Positions 46,306 through 58,468 of a stretch of 64,000 nt of DNA are shown here, one piece after another. The position numbers and the translations under genes are program-made. The stretch's first letter is position 1. Every line of letters starts with the position of its first letter. This DNA is from Anaeramoeba ignava BMAN. Lineage: Eukaryota; Protista; Anaeramoebae. Location of the stretch: the NCBI GenBank assembly GCA_028826165.1, contig JAPDFW010000075.1:124001-188000 (forward strand). The letters are read 5' to 3'. Under the pieces are notes generated by a model. The model did not search any database. It saw only the letters and a program-made list of their open reading frames with translations, and was not told where the DNA came from.

Positions 46306-48126
46306 ATGAATGAAATTATATTCTTTGGTGAAAATAAATATCCAAAACTTATCAAAAATGAACCAGAAATAATAACAAAACCAATTCAATTTAAATTTGA
46401 AAATGAAAATCAAAATCAAAATGAAAATGAAAATGAAAATGAAAATGAAAAACAAATTAAACAAATTGCAACAGGTTTTTTTTCAACAATTTTCCTTTTT
46501 GAAAATGGAAAAGCAATAGAATACTTAAATGAAAGAGATTCAAAACAAAATCCTTCAAAAATCCAAATTGAAGAAAATATTCAAAAAGTAACTGTTGGTC
46601 ATCAAAATGAAGCTATTTTAACAAAAGAAGGAAATGTATTTGCCAAAGGATATAATATTAATCCAAAAAATACAAAAGAATTTACCAATATTTCATCATT
46701 AATTGAAGATAAAAACGATAGAATAATTGAAGATAATGTTTCTGGAGCTAATTCAATTTATTTATTAACTTCAAATCAAAATGTTTATGGAATTGGTTCA
46801 AATGAATATGGTCAACTTGGTTTTGATTCTGAAACACTTCAAAAAACAGAAAAACCAATTTTAATGATGAAAAATGTTTCTAAAATATTTTCAGGAAATT
46901 CTTCATTTAATGTTTTTCTTTTAAATTCAAATCAAGAATTATTTGTATGCGGAAATAATGAATTTGAACAACTTGGATTAGGGGAATCAATAACAGAACA
47001 AGAAGAAACAAAAATCCATAAATTAACCAAAATCCAAAATATTCCAAAAGGTAAAATAATTGATATTCAATCTGGAAGTGCTCATTCAATAATGTTGATT
47101 GAAAATGAAAATCAAAATGAAAATCAAAATGAAAATCCAAAAAGAAAACTTTATTCATGTGGAAATTATTTTGTCAATGGACTTGGCAATTATCGAGAAG
47201 ATACTTATGAATTTACTGAAATCAAATCATCTTTATTTGAAAATGATGATAATATTATTGATTTTTCTGTTGGAAATTCTCATACTTTGATTTTAACTTC
47301 CAATTCAAAATTAATTGGATTTGGATATAATGAATTTGGTCAATTAGGAACTGGAGATACAAACGATCAATTAATTCCAATTCAAATTGAACTTCCTGAA
47401 TTAAGATTTAATGAAAATATTTCTAATTATCATATTTATTGTGGATTTTCCAGATCATTTCTTTATTATTCTCCTCTTTCTTTTTCCAATCTTGAAGAAG
47501 ATTTGATAAAATTATTTGAAAGAAAAGAATTTTGTAATATTTCATTTAAAACAGAAAATGGAGAAATAATTGAAGCTCATAAATTAATATTGAAATATAG
47601 ATTAAATCAAATTGAAAATCAAATTGAAAAACTTAAAGAAATTATTTCAAAAAAATCAATTAAAGAATCAAATCAAATATTTGAAATGATTTATTCAAAT
47701 AATTCCAAAATAAATCCAAAATTATATTCCGAAATTAAAGAAATTATAAATTCAAATGAAAAAATAGAAGAAACAATGAAAAGAATTTATTTAAATGAAA
47801 ATGAAAAAGATTTTATTATTGAAAGAAAAGAAAAACAATATAAATTTCCAAAATTAATATTAATAATGAGAAGTGAATTATATCGAGGAATGTTTTTATC
47901 TGTAACAGAAGATAAATCAAATAAAGTTACAGATTATAGTGAATTAAGTAATAAATCATTTCAAATATTTGAATATTGGATTTATTCAAATCAAATTAAA
48001 GATGAAATTCAAATTACAAAAGAAATAATTAATGAAATTCAAATTGGAATTGATTATTTTCAATTAAATCAAACAAATCCAAATTTATTTGATTTATTAA
48101 TTAACAAATTTAATAATCAGAATTAA
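46306..48126 (+). CDS. RCC1 + tandem BTB protein (array C)
   Basis: The true start is MNEIIFFG at 46306, as in the paralogues; intact. Confidence 0.9.
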   Translation: MNEIIFFGENKYPKLIKNEPEIITKPIQFKFENENQNQNENENENENEKQIKQIATGFFSTIFLFENGKAIEYLNERDSKQNPSKIQIEENIQKVTVGHQNEAILTKEGNVFAKGYNINPKNTKEFTNISSLIEDKNDRIIEDNVSGANSIYLLTSNQNVYGIGSNEYGQLGFDSETLQKTEKPILMMKNVSKIFSGNSSFNVFLLNSNQELFVCGNNEFEQLGLGESITEQEETKIHKLTKIQNIPKGKIIDIQSGSAHSIMLIENENQNENQNENPKRKLYSCGNYFVNGLGNYREDTYEFTEIKSSLFENDDNIIDFSVGNSHTLILTSNSKLIGFGYNEFGQLGTGDTNDQLIPIQIELPELRFNENISNYHIYCGFSRSFLYYSPLSFSNLEEDLIKLFERKEFCNISFKTENGEIIEAHKLILKYRLNQIENQIEKLKEIISKKSIKESNQIFEMIYSNNSKINPKLYSEIKEIINSNEKIEETMKRIYLNENEKDFIIERKEKQYKFPKLILIMRSELYRGMFLSVTEDKSNKVTDYSELSNKSFQIFEYWIYSNQIKDEIQITKEIINEIQIGIDYFQLNQTNPNLFDLLINKFNNQN

Positions 48127-49146
48127 AATTAAATTCAAATTAAAATTAAAATCAAAATTAAATTTAATAATCAAAATCAAAATAAAATAAAATAAAATTA
48201 AAATTAAAATTAAAAATTAAAATTAAAAATTAAAATTAAAATTAAAATTAAAATTAAAATTTAAAATTAAAATTAAAATTAAAAAAAATTAAAAAATTAA
48301 AATTTTAAAAAAATTTAAATTAAAATTAAAATTAAAAATCAAAATCAAAAATTAAATCAAAATATTTTAAAAAAAATAAAAATTAAAATTAAAATTAAAA
48401 TTAAAATCAAAATTTAAAATCAAAATTAAAATTTATATTTTAAAAAGAATAAAAAGTGGAATTGAGAATTAAATGAAAAATTAAAAATTAAAATTTAAAA
48501 AATCAAAATCAAAATTAAAATTAAAATCAAAATTAAAATTAAAATTAAAATCAAAATTAAAATCAAAATTAAAATTAAAATTTAATATTTTAAAAAAGAA
48601 TAAAAAAGTGGAATTGAGAATTAAATGATTAATTTTATTAAATTTAAAATTAAAATTAAAATCAAAATTAAAATTAAAAATTAAAATCAAAATCAAAATT
48701 AAAATTAAATTAAAATTAAAATTAAAATTAAAATTTTATATTTTAAAAAAATAAAGAATAAAAATAAATGATTAATTTTATTAAATTTAAATTTAATAAA
48801 AAATAAAAATTAAAAAAATTTTAAAGAAAAGAAATTGGAAAATGACGAATAAAATTGTTTTTAAAAATAAAAAATAAAAATAAAAATTTATTATTAATTT
48901 TTCATTAAAAATAAATTAAAAATTTTTATTTTTTGGATTTAAAAAAATAAAAAATAAAAATAAAAATTTAAAATTTTAATCATTTATTTTTAATTTTAAA
49001 AATAAAATAGAAAAAAAAATAATTTTTTTATTTTTTTATTATAATTAAAAATTAAATAATTTGTTTGATTTCATTTATTATATTTAAAAATTAAAAAATT
49101 GAAAAAAAAATTAAAGAAAAATTAAAAAAAAATTAAAAAAAAATAG

Positions 49147-52100
49147 TGAGCGATGCACTTCAAGGATTAACTGAAACTATTAACATTTTAGCAGCATGTA
49201 AGTTAAAGATTTTTGATTTTGAAAATTTATTTTTTTTTTTTTTTACTTTTGAGTTTAATTTTTATTAAAGAATTTTTAAATGATTTGTCATTGTTTGAAT
49301 TTGATCTTTTTTAATTAATTTTTTTTCTTTTTTGTTTTTCTATTTGTTTTTATTTTTGTTTTTGTAGTACTTTTTATTTTTTCACTTTACGGACTTCGAC
49401 ATCAAGAAACATCAAAAAAAGGTAAATTTTTCATTTAAGAAATTTTTTTATTACAAAAGAAAAAAAAAAATTTTTTTTTGTGTGAAATTTAATCAATTCA
49501 ATTTATTAGCCATTTATAAAAGAAAAAAATTTTTAATAATAGATTTAAAAGATATAATAAAAATATTAATTAAATATTGGATATATAAAAAAAGATCCAT
49601 TTGTAATATTGATTGATTGATTTATTTATTTATTGATTTATTTATTTATTTATTTATTTAAAAGTTCACATTAACAATATTAACACAATATTTAATTTAA
49701 TTTAATTCAATATTCAATTCAATTAAATTTAATTAAATATTGAATATAAAAAAGATCCATTTGTAATATTGATTGATTGATTTATTTATTTATTGATTTA
49801 TTTATTTATTTATTTAAAAGTTCACATTAGCAATATTAACAATATTCAATATTTAATATTTAATTCAAAATATTCAATTCAATTCAATAATTCAATTTAA
49901 TTTAATATTCAATATTCAATTTAATTCAATATTCAATATTCAATATTCAATTCAATATTTAATTCAATTCAATATTCAATTTAATTCAATTTAATTTAAT
50001 TCAATATTCAATTTAATTCAATATTCAATTTAATTCAATATTCAATTCAAAATATTCAATTTAAAATATTCAATATTCAATATTCAATATTCAAAATATT
50101 CAAAATATTCAAAATATTCATTTCATTATAATATAGGAAACTTCTACGGAATGGGAGGAATGGTTATCGCAATTGTCGCACTACTCTTCTCGGAAAACAT
50201 CAAAGGATCAGGATACATTGTTTTCGTTATAGCTTTGGTTCCTGGATTGATTATTGGATTAATAATGGCAATTCGAGTGAAGATGACAGGAATGCCTCAA
50301 ATGGTTGGAATATTAAACTCTTTTGGAGGATTAGCAGCATTCCTTGCGTCAGTATCGATGTATCTCGATCCCGGCATCTCAAGCACATTCAAAGGCGCAG
50401 AAATGCTTCTGCTGAAAATATTTCTTATTCTGGGAGTGTCAATCGGAATCATCACATTTGTTGGATCAGTATTTGCCTGCCTCAAATTGCAAGGACTTCC
50501 AGGATTCCGGGGCGTTCTTCAACTCCCAGGCAAGCATTTCATCAACACAATACTTCTTCTGGGAATAATCGGCGTTGCTGTTCCATTCGTTATGGACGAT
50601 GTTCCCAACGGAATGTGGGCACTTGGAATTGTGACCGCACTTTCGGCTCTTTACGGATTCCATTTTGTCATGTGTATTGGAGGAGCAGACATGCCTGTTG
50701 TCATTTCGATGCTGAATTCGATGTCTGGATGGGCTGGTGTGATGGCAGGGTTTTCTGTCTCAAATGATCTGCTTATCACAACAGGATCCCTTGTCGGCTC
50801 ATCAGGCGCAATTCTGTCATACATCATGTGCCGCGCCATGAACAGATCGTTTCTGAACGTGTTCAAAGGCGGGGAGATTGCGAAGAAACCCAAGAAGGGA
50901 ATGGAGCAGATCAAGGAAAAGGAGCCTGAGATATATGTGGAGACAAACGTTGACGAAATGGCACAGACTCTTCTTGACAGCAAAAAGATCCTGATCACGC
51001 CCGGATATGGGATGGCAGTTTCACAAGCACAGCACTTAGTGTCTGAGATCTCCAAGCACTTGCGGTCTCGCGGAAAAGAAGTGATCTTCGGAATCCATCC
51101 AGTTGCAGGTAGACTTCCTGGCCACATGAACGTGCTTCTTGCCGAGGCGCAAGTGCCGTACGATATTGTTCTCTCAATGGATGAAGTCAACCCGACAATC
51201 GCAGATAACGACCTGGCTATTGTTATTGGCGCAAACGATACTGTGAATCCGTCTGCGGTTGAAGACCCACACTCTGCCATTGCTGGAATGCCCGTTATAG
51301 AGGTCTGGAAAGCAAAACAAGTTGTTGTGATCAAACGGACTATGGGTCACAAAGGTTATGCCGGAATCCCGAATCCGTTATTTTATAAGCCAAACACCAA
51401 AATGCTTCTTGGAGATGCAAAAGAACAGATCAGCTGCTTGCTCTCGAAAATCAAAGACATCGAAAAGCAGCGCGGTGTCAAGGATTCTGACCAGATCGCG
51501 GATTTCGATTCCAAATGCAAGGTTGATCAAGAGTCAAAAACAGACACCGACTGGGTGGATCTTGATGAGTTCGAGACAACCGAACTTGAAACCGAGCTCG
51601 AGACCTACCGCAAAATTGGGGTTGTGAAAGAAATCAAGCCAAACGAAACACGGGTTGCAATCACACCTGATATTGCACAGAAACTCGTCAAAAAGGGATT
51701 TGAGATTCTTGTGGAAACAGGCGCAGGAGTTTTGGCCAACTTCTCAGACTCAGATTACAGACGTTTCGGCGCCACTATTCTCCCGTCAGCATCCAAGGTG
51801 TGGAAACAAGCAGATATTGTGCTGAAGCTCGAGCCGCCAATGCTCAACAACGAAACCGGAGTGCATGAACTGGATCTTCTTCCTGAAGGAGGAATGTTTG
51901 CGTCTTTTATCTATCCATCACAAAACGAGGATCTTCTCGAAAGATTGAAACATCGCAAAGTAACCGCACTTTCAATGGAACTTGTGCCTCGAATCACTCG
52001 CGCACAAAAACTCGACGCATTGAGCTCTATGGCGAAGGTTGGGGGATATCGCGCAGTGATTGAATCCGCATATCATTTCGAGAAGTTCTTTTTGGGAGAA

Positions 52101-53219
52101 GTAACGGCTGCAGGGAAATATCCACCGGCAATTGTGATGATAATTGGAGCAGGCGTTGCTGGACTTGGTGCCATCGGAACTGCCAAGAATCTCGGCGCGA
52201 TTGTGCGAGCTTTCGACACACGGCCGGTTGTTAAAGAGCAAGTTGAGTCAATGGGCGGCGAGTTTCTTGAGCTTGATTTCAAAGAAGACGGAACAGGCGT
52301 TGGCGGTTATGCCAAAGTTATGAGCGAAGAATTTATCGCAGCTGAAATGAGACTTTTTGCGCAGCAAGCTAGAGAGGTCGACATCATCATCACAACAGCG
52401 CAGATCCCTGGCCGTAAAGCTCCCTTGTTGATCAAGAAGGAACATGTGGATGTGATGAAGAAAGGCTCAGTTATCGTTGATATGGCTGCGCAATCCGGTG
52501 GGAATTGTGAAGTCACACGCCCAGGAGAAATCTACAAATACAACGGTGTTACCGTCATTGGCCTCACTGATCTTCCCTCTAAACTCTCCACTCAATCCTC
52601 TCAAATGTACGCTACAAATCTTCTCAATCTCATGGAAGAAATGGGGAACGCCAAAAACTTCACATTTGATTTGGAAAATGAAATCATTGACGGCATGTGT
52701 GTTTCTCACAACGGTACTCTTCGTTGGCCAAAACCAAAGCCACCAACACCAGCACCAGCTCCTGAACCTGAGAAGAAGTCTGGTCCAGATGTTCCACCTT
52801 CACCTCAACCGCCTGCTATTAAACAAAAAAAACCCAAGTCACTCGGTCGCAAAATTTTCGACACAACTCTTTTCTGGCTTATCGCAATAGCCATCTTCTC
52901 CCTCATCGGCATTTACGCTCCAGACTCCTTCCTTCCACATCTTGGTATCCTCGCTCTCGCTTGTGTTGTCGGTTGGACTCTTGTTTGGGGTGTTGCTGCT
53001 GCTCTTCATACTCCTCTTATGTCCGTTACTAACGCCATTTCAGGTATCGTTATTTTAGGCGGAATGACCCTTGTTTCCAATCAGGCTTATACTCACCAAA
53101 GTACTCTTCTTGCTGCCTTTTCTATCTTTGTTGCTTCCATTAATATTGCTGGTGGTTTTCTTGTTACCCAGAAAATGTTGCTCATGTTCAAGACAGAAGA
53201 AAAGGTTATTGCTAATTGA
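49147..53219 (+). CDS. NNT: Proton-translocating NAD(P)+ transhydrogenase, single-chain beta-linker-alpha fusion (introns 49198-49367 and 49422-50136; start unresolved)
   Basis: Spliced N-terminus SDALQGLTETINILAALLFIFSLYGLRHQETSKKGNFYGMGGM matches the PntB start; beta/dIII motifs GADMPVV, PGYGMAV, HPVAGRLPGHMNV, GANDTVNP; alpha/dI motifs RAQKLDALSSM, GAGVAGL, TAQIPG; dII motif LHTPLMSVTNAISG. Confidence 0.93.
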
Positions 53220-53589
53220 TTTTCTTGTTCTTCTTCTTTTTTTCTTTTTTTCTTCTTTCTTCTTCTTTCTTCTTTCTTTTTTCTTTCTTTCTTTTTTCTT
53301 TCTTTTTTCTTTCTTTTTTCTTCAGGTTTTACATGTCAACCTCGAACGACATTTCTAGTCCACTTTTTGGTTCGAAATTCTTCTTTTTTTTCTTTTACTT
53401 TTTTTCTTTTACTTTTTCTTTAAATTCATTCTAATTTTTAAAAGACTTTTTTTTTCTCTCTCTCAATTCTTACATTTTATTTTTTTTCTCTTTTTCTTTT
53501 CTTTAAATTATAAAAATTTTTAATAAAATAAAAATTTTTAAAAGTTAAAAATCATTTTTTTATTTTTAAAAATTCACCAAAAACTATAA

Positions 53590-54860
53590 TACTTTTTTTA
53601 TTTATTTATTTATAATTAATTTTAAATTTATATTTTATTATTATTTTTTATTATTAAATCTTATTAATATTATTTAAAAATATTTATATTTTATTATTAA
53701 ATATTTTTATTAATTTTTTAATTTAATTTTTAAATAATTTTAATTTATTATTTATTTATAATTAATTTTAAATTTATATTTTATTATTATTTTTATTATT
53801 AAATCTTATTAATATTATTTAAAAATATTTATATTTTATTAAAAATATTTTTATTAATTTTTTATTTTAAATTTTATTAATTTTTAATAATTAATTTTTA
53901 AATAATTTTATTATTATTTTATTATTTATTTATAATATTTTTTTATTTTTATTAATTTTTTATTTAATTTATTAAATAATTTTAATTTATTATTTATTTA
54001 TAATTAATTTTATTAATATTTTTATTTAAAATTATTTAAATTTAAAATTATTTAAAATATTTTTTTATTAATTTTTTTTAATTTTTAATTTTTTTAAATA
54101 ATTTTAATTTATTATTTATTTGTAAATTAATTTTATTATTTTTTATTATTAAATCTTATTAATATTATTTAAAAATATTTTATTTTTATTTTAAATATTT
54201 TTATTAATTTTTAATTTAATTTTTTTAAATAATTTTAATCAATTATTTATTTATAATTAATTTTAAATAAATTTTTTTATTAATTTTTAATTATTTAATT
54301 TTTAAAAAATTTTATATTTATTTATTAAATTTTTATTAATTTTTAATTTAATTTAAATAGTTTTAATTTTTTATTTATTTATTATTAATTAAAATTTATA
54401 TTTTATTATTATTTATTTATTAAATCTTATTAATATTATTAAAAATATTTAAATATTTATTAAATATTATTATTAATTTTTTAATTTAATTTTTAAATAA
54501 TTTTAATCAATTATTTATTTATAATTAATTTTAAATTTATATTTTATTATTATTTTTATTATTAAATCTTATTAATATTATTTAAAATTATTTATATTTT
54601 ATTATTAAATATTTTTATTAATTTTTTAATTTAATTTTTAAATAATTTTAATTTATTATTTATTTATAATTAATTTTGAATTAATATTTTATTATTATTT
54701 TTATTATTAAATCTTATTATTATTATTTAAAATTATTTATATTTTATTTATTAAATATTTTAATTTTTAATTTTTTAATTTTTAAATAATTTTAATTTAT
54801 TATTTATTTTTAATTAATTTTTAAATAATATTTTATTTTATTTTTATTATTTCTTTTAAT
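53590..54860. repeat. Degenerate, almost pure-AT tandem repeat, unit ~145 bp
   Basis: Anchor AAATCTTATT recurs near 53656, 53801, 54151, 54422, 54564 and 54709. Confidence 0.75.
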
Positions 54861-54906
54861 ATTATTTAAAAATCAAAATTTTATTTTCATTTTTTTCTTT
54901 TTAAAA

Positions 54907-56475
54907 ATGAATGAAATTTTATTTTTTGGTGAAAATGAATATCCAATTCTTATCAAATCAGAAAGAATAACAAAACCAATTCCAATTCAATTTGAAAATG
55001 AAAATGAAAATGAAAATGAAAATGAAAATGAAAATGAAAATGAAAATGAAAATGAAAATGAAAATGAAAATGAAAATGAAAAACAAATTAAACAAATTTC
55101 ATCAGGACCTTTTGCAACAATTTTCCTTTTTGAAAATGGAAAAGCAATAGAATATTTAAATGAAAATGAACCAAATCAAAATCCTCAAAAAATCCAAATT
55201 GAAGAAAATATTCAAAAAGTAACTGTTGGTTTTTATAATGAAGCTATTTTAACAATAGAAGGAAATGTATTTGCCAAAGGAGAAGATATTAATCCAAAAA
55301 ATCCAAAAGAATTTATCAATATTTCATCATTAATTGAAGATAAAAATGATAGAATAATTCAAAATATTGTTTCTGGAGCTAGTTCAATTTATTTATTAAC
55401 TTCAAATCAAAATGCTTATGGAATTGGTTTAAATCAATATGGTCAACTTGGTTTTGATTCTAAAACACTTGAAAAAACAGAAAAACCAATTTTAATGATG
55501 AAAAATGTTTTTAAATTCAATATTTTTTTTTTTTTCAAATTATTGGTAAAACGAATATAACTTGCATTAGGAAAATCAAGAAAAAGAAAAAAAATCTTTA
55601 TAAATTGATATTCAATGCGGATATTTTTAATAATAATTTTGAAAATGAAATTTTCCAAAAAGAAAACTTTATTCATTATTTATTTATAATGGATTTTAAA
55701 AATAAAGATATTTATGAATTTATTTCAAATCATCTTTATTTGAAAATCTTATTATTATTTTTATTTAAAATTGATTTTTATTTTATTCAATTCAAAACTA
55801 TTTTTATTAATTTTAAATTTAATTTTAAAGGTTTCTAATTTAATAATGAAATTTTTAATTATCATGTTCTTCTTTTTCTTTATTATTCTCCTTTCTTTTC
55901 TAATCTTGAAGAAGATTTGATAAAATTATTTAAAAATATTTTATGATATTTCATTTAAAACAGAAAATAAAAATTTAAATTAATTTTGAAATATAGATTA
56001 AATCAAAATCAAAATCAAAATGAAAATTGAAAAACTTCAAGAAATTATTTCAAATAAATCAATTAAATAATTAATTTCAAAAATTTTAAATGATTTATTC
56101 AAACAATTCCAAAATAAATCCAAAATTATATTCTGAAATTAAAGAAATTATAAATTTAAATGAAAAAATTGAAGAAACAATGAAAAGAATTTATTTAAAT
56201 GAAAATGAAAAAATTTTTAATTGAAAGAAATGAAAAACAATAATTTCCCAAATTAATATTAATAATGAGAATTTATAGAGGAATGTTTTAATTTTAACAG
56301 AAATAAATATTAAATTATTATAGTTTATTAATAATAAAATTTTAAAATATTTGAATTTAAAATTCAAAAAATAAAAATGGAATTTTCAGAAATTTTAAAG
56401 AAATTTTTTGATTTTCAAAAATGAAATCAAACAAATTTTTTATTTTTTGGTTTAAATAAACAAATTTAATAATTA
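54907..56475 (+). pseudogene. RCC1 + BTB paralogue, intact to ~55510 then degenerate
   Basis: The first ~200 codons are typical; the remainder keeps recognisable fragments (AATCTTGAAGAAGATTTG, GAAGAAACAATGAAAAG) amid deletions and stops. Confidence 0.7.
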
Positions 56476-56559
56476 AAATCAAAATTAAAATTAAAAATCA
56501 AATTAAAATTAAAATTAAAAAATTCAAAAATTTATTTTTCATTTTTTTTCTTTTCAAAA

Positions 56560-58468
56560 ATGAATGAAATTTTATTTTTTGGTTTAAATAAATATCCAAT
56601 TCTTATCAAAAATAAACCAAAAAGAATAATAAAACCAATTCAATTTAAATTTGAAAATGAAAATGAAAATGAAAATGAAAATGAAAATGAAAATGAAAAT
56701 GAAAACAACAGGAAATTATTCAACAATTTTCCTTTTTAAAAATGGAAAAGCAATAGAATATTTAAATGAAAATGAAAATGATGAAGATGATGATGATGAC
56801 GAAAATGAAGATGATGAAGATGATGATGAAGATGATGAAGATGAAAATGAAAATGAAAATGAAAATGAAAATGAAAATGAAAATGAAAATGGAAATGAAA
56901 ATGAAAATGGAAATAGAAATGAAAATCAATATCTAAAACAACCTGAAAAAATTCAAATTGAAAATATTCAAAAAGTAATTGTTGGTTATCAAAATGAAGC
57001 TATTTTAACAAAAGAAGGAAATGTATTTGCTAAAGGAGAAGATATTAATCCAAATAATCCAAAAGAATTTATCAATATTTCATCATTAATTGAAGATACA
57101 AATGATAGAATAATTCAAGATATTGTTTCTGGATTTAGTTCAATTTACTTATTAACTTCAAATCAAAATGCTTATGGAATTGGTTCAAATGAATATGCTC
57201 AACTTGGTTTTGATTCTAAAACACTTCCAAAAACAAAAAAACCAATTTTAATGATGAAAAATGTTTCTAAAATATTTTCAGGAAATTCTTCAAATCATGT
57301 TTTTCTTTTAAATTCAAATCAAGAATTATTTGGATGTGGTGATAATCAATATGGTCGAATTGGATTAGAAAAATCAAGAAGATATATCGAAAAATTAACC
57401 AAAATCCAAAATATTCCAAAAGGCAAAATAATTGATATTCAATGTGGATTTTATCATTCAATAATGTTGATTGAATATGAAAATGAAAATCCAAAAAGAA
57501 AACTTTATTCATGTGGAATATATGAATATAATGGACTTGGCAAAGATGAAGAATATACTTATGAATTTACTGAAATCAAATCATCTTTATTTGAAAATGA
57601 TGATAATATTCTTGATTTTTCTGTTGGAGATGCTCATACTTTGATTTTAACTGAAAAAAGAAAATTAATTGGATTTGGAGAAAATGAATATGGCCAATTA
57701 GGAAATGGAAATACAGATTATCAATCAATTCCAATTCAAATTGAACTTCCTGAATTAAGATTTAATGAAGATATTTCCAATTATCATGTTTCTTGTGGTG
57801 AAAGTAGATCATTTATTTATTATTCTCCTTCTTTTTCCAATCTTGAAGAAGATTTGATAAAATTATTTGAAAGAAAAGAATTTTGTGATATTTCATTTAA
57901 AACAGAAAATGGAGAAATAATTGAAGCTCATAAATTAATATTGAAATATAGATTAAATCAGAATCAAAAAGAAATTGGAAAACTTAAAGAAATTATTTCA
58001 AAAAAATCAATTAAAGAATCAAATCAAATATTTGAAATGATTTATTCAAACAGAATAATAAATCCAAAATTATATTCAGAAATTAAAGAAATTATAAATT
58101 CCAATGAAAAAATTGAAGAAACAATGAAAAGAATTTATTTAAATGAAAAAGAAAAAGATTTTATAATTGAAAGAAAAGAAAAACAATATAAATTTCCTAA
58201 ATTAATATTAATAATGAGAAGTGAATTATATCGAGGAATGTTTTTATCTGTAACAAATGATACTTCTAATAAAGTTACAGATTATAGTGAATTAAGTAAT
58301 AAATCATTTCAAATATTTGAATATTGGATTTATTCAAATCAAATTAAAGATGAAATTGAAATTACACAAGAAATCATTAATGAAATTAAAATTGGAATTG
58401 ATTATTTTCAATTAAATCAAACAAATCCAAATTTATTTGATTTATTAATTAAGAAATTTAATAATTAA
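56560..58468 (+). CDS. RCC1 + tandem BTB protein (array D) with an acidic insertion; frameshifting deletion near 56705
   Basis: ATG 56560 MNEILFFG; the KQIKQIS segment is partly deleted; D/E/N-rich insert at ~56770-56930; the rest is intact. Confidence 0.8.

Noticed and set aside
41269-48696. Short ORFs such as MILILIL, FNFNFN, MKMKMK and MNKVFFLDF
   Set aside because: Alternative-frame or antisense translations of microsatellites and RCC1 genes.
50297-52890. Overlapping antisense ORFs within NNT
   Set aside because: Expected by-product of the locally higher GC; no recognisable motifs.
50151-53219. Bacterial contamination or chimeric contig suggested by high GC
   Set aside because: The gene has AT-rich GT-AG introns that splice in frame to PntB-homologous exons, and NDC1 also has a GC-richer core.
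10531-58468. Diversity-generating retroelement as the source of RCC1 variability
   Set aside because: No reverse transcriptase or template repeat in the window; variation is spread over all blades rather than one variable region.
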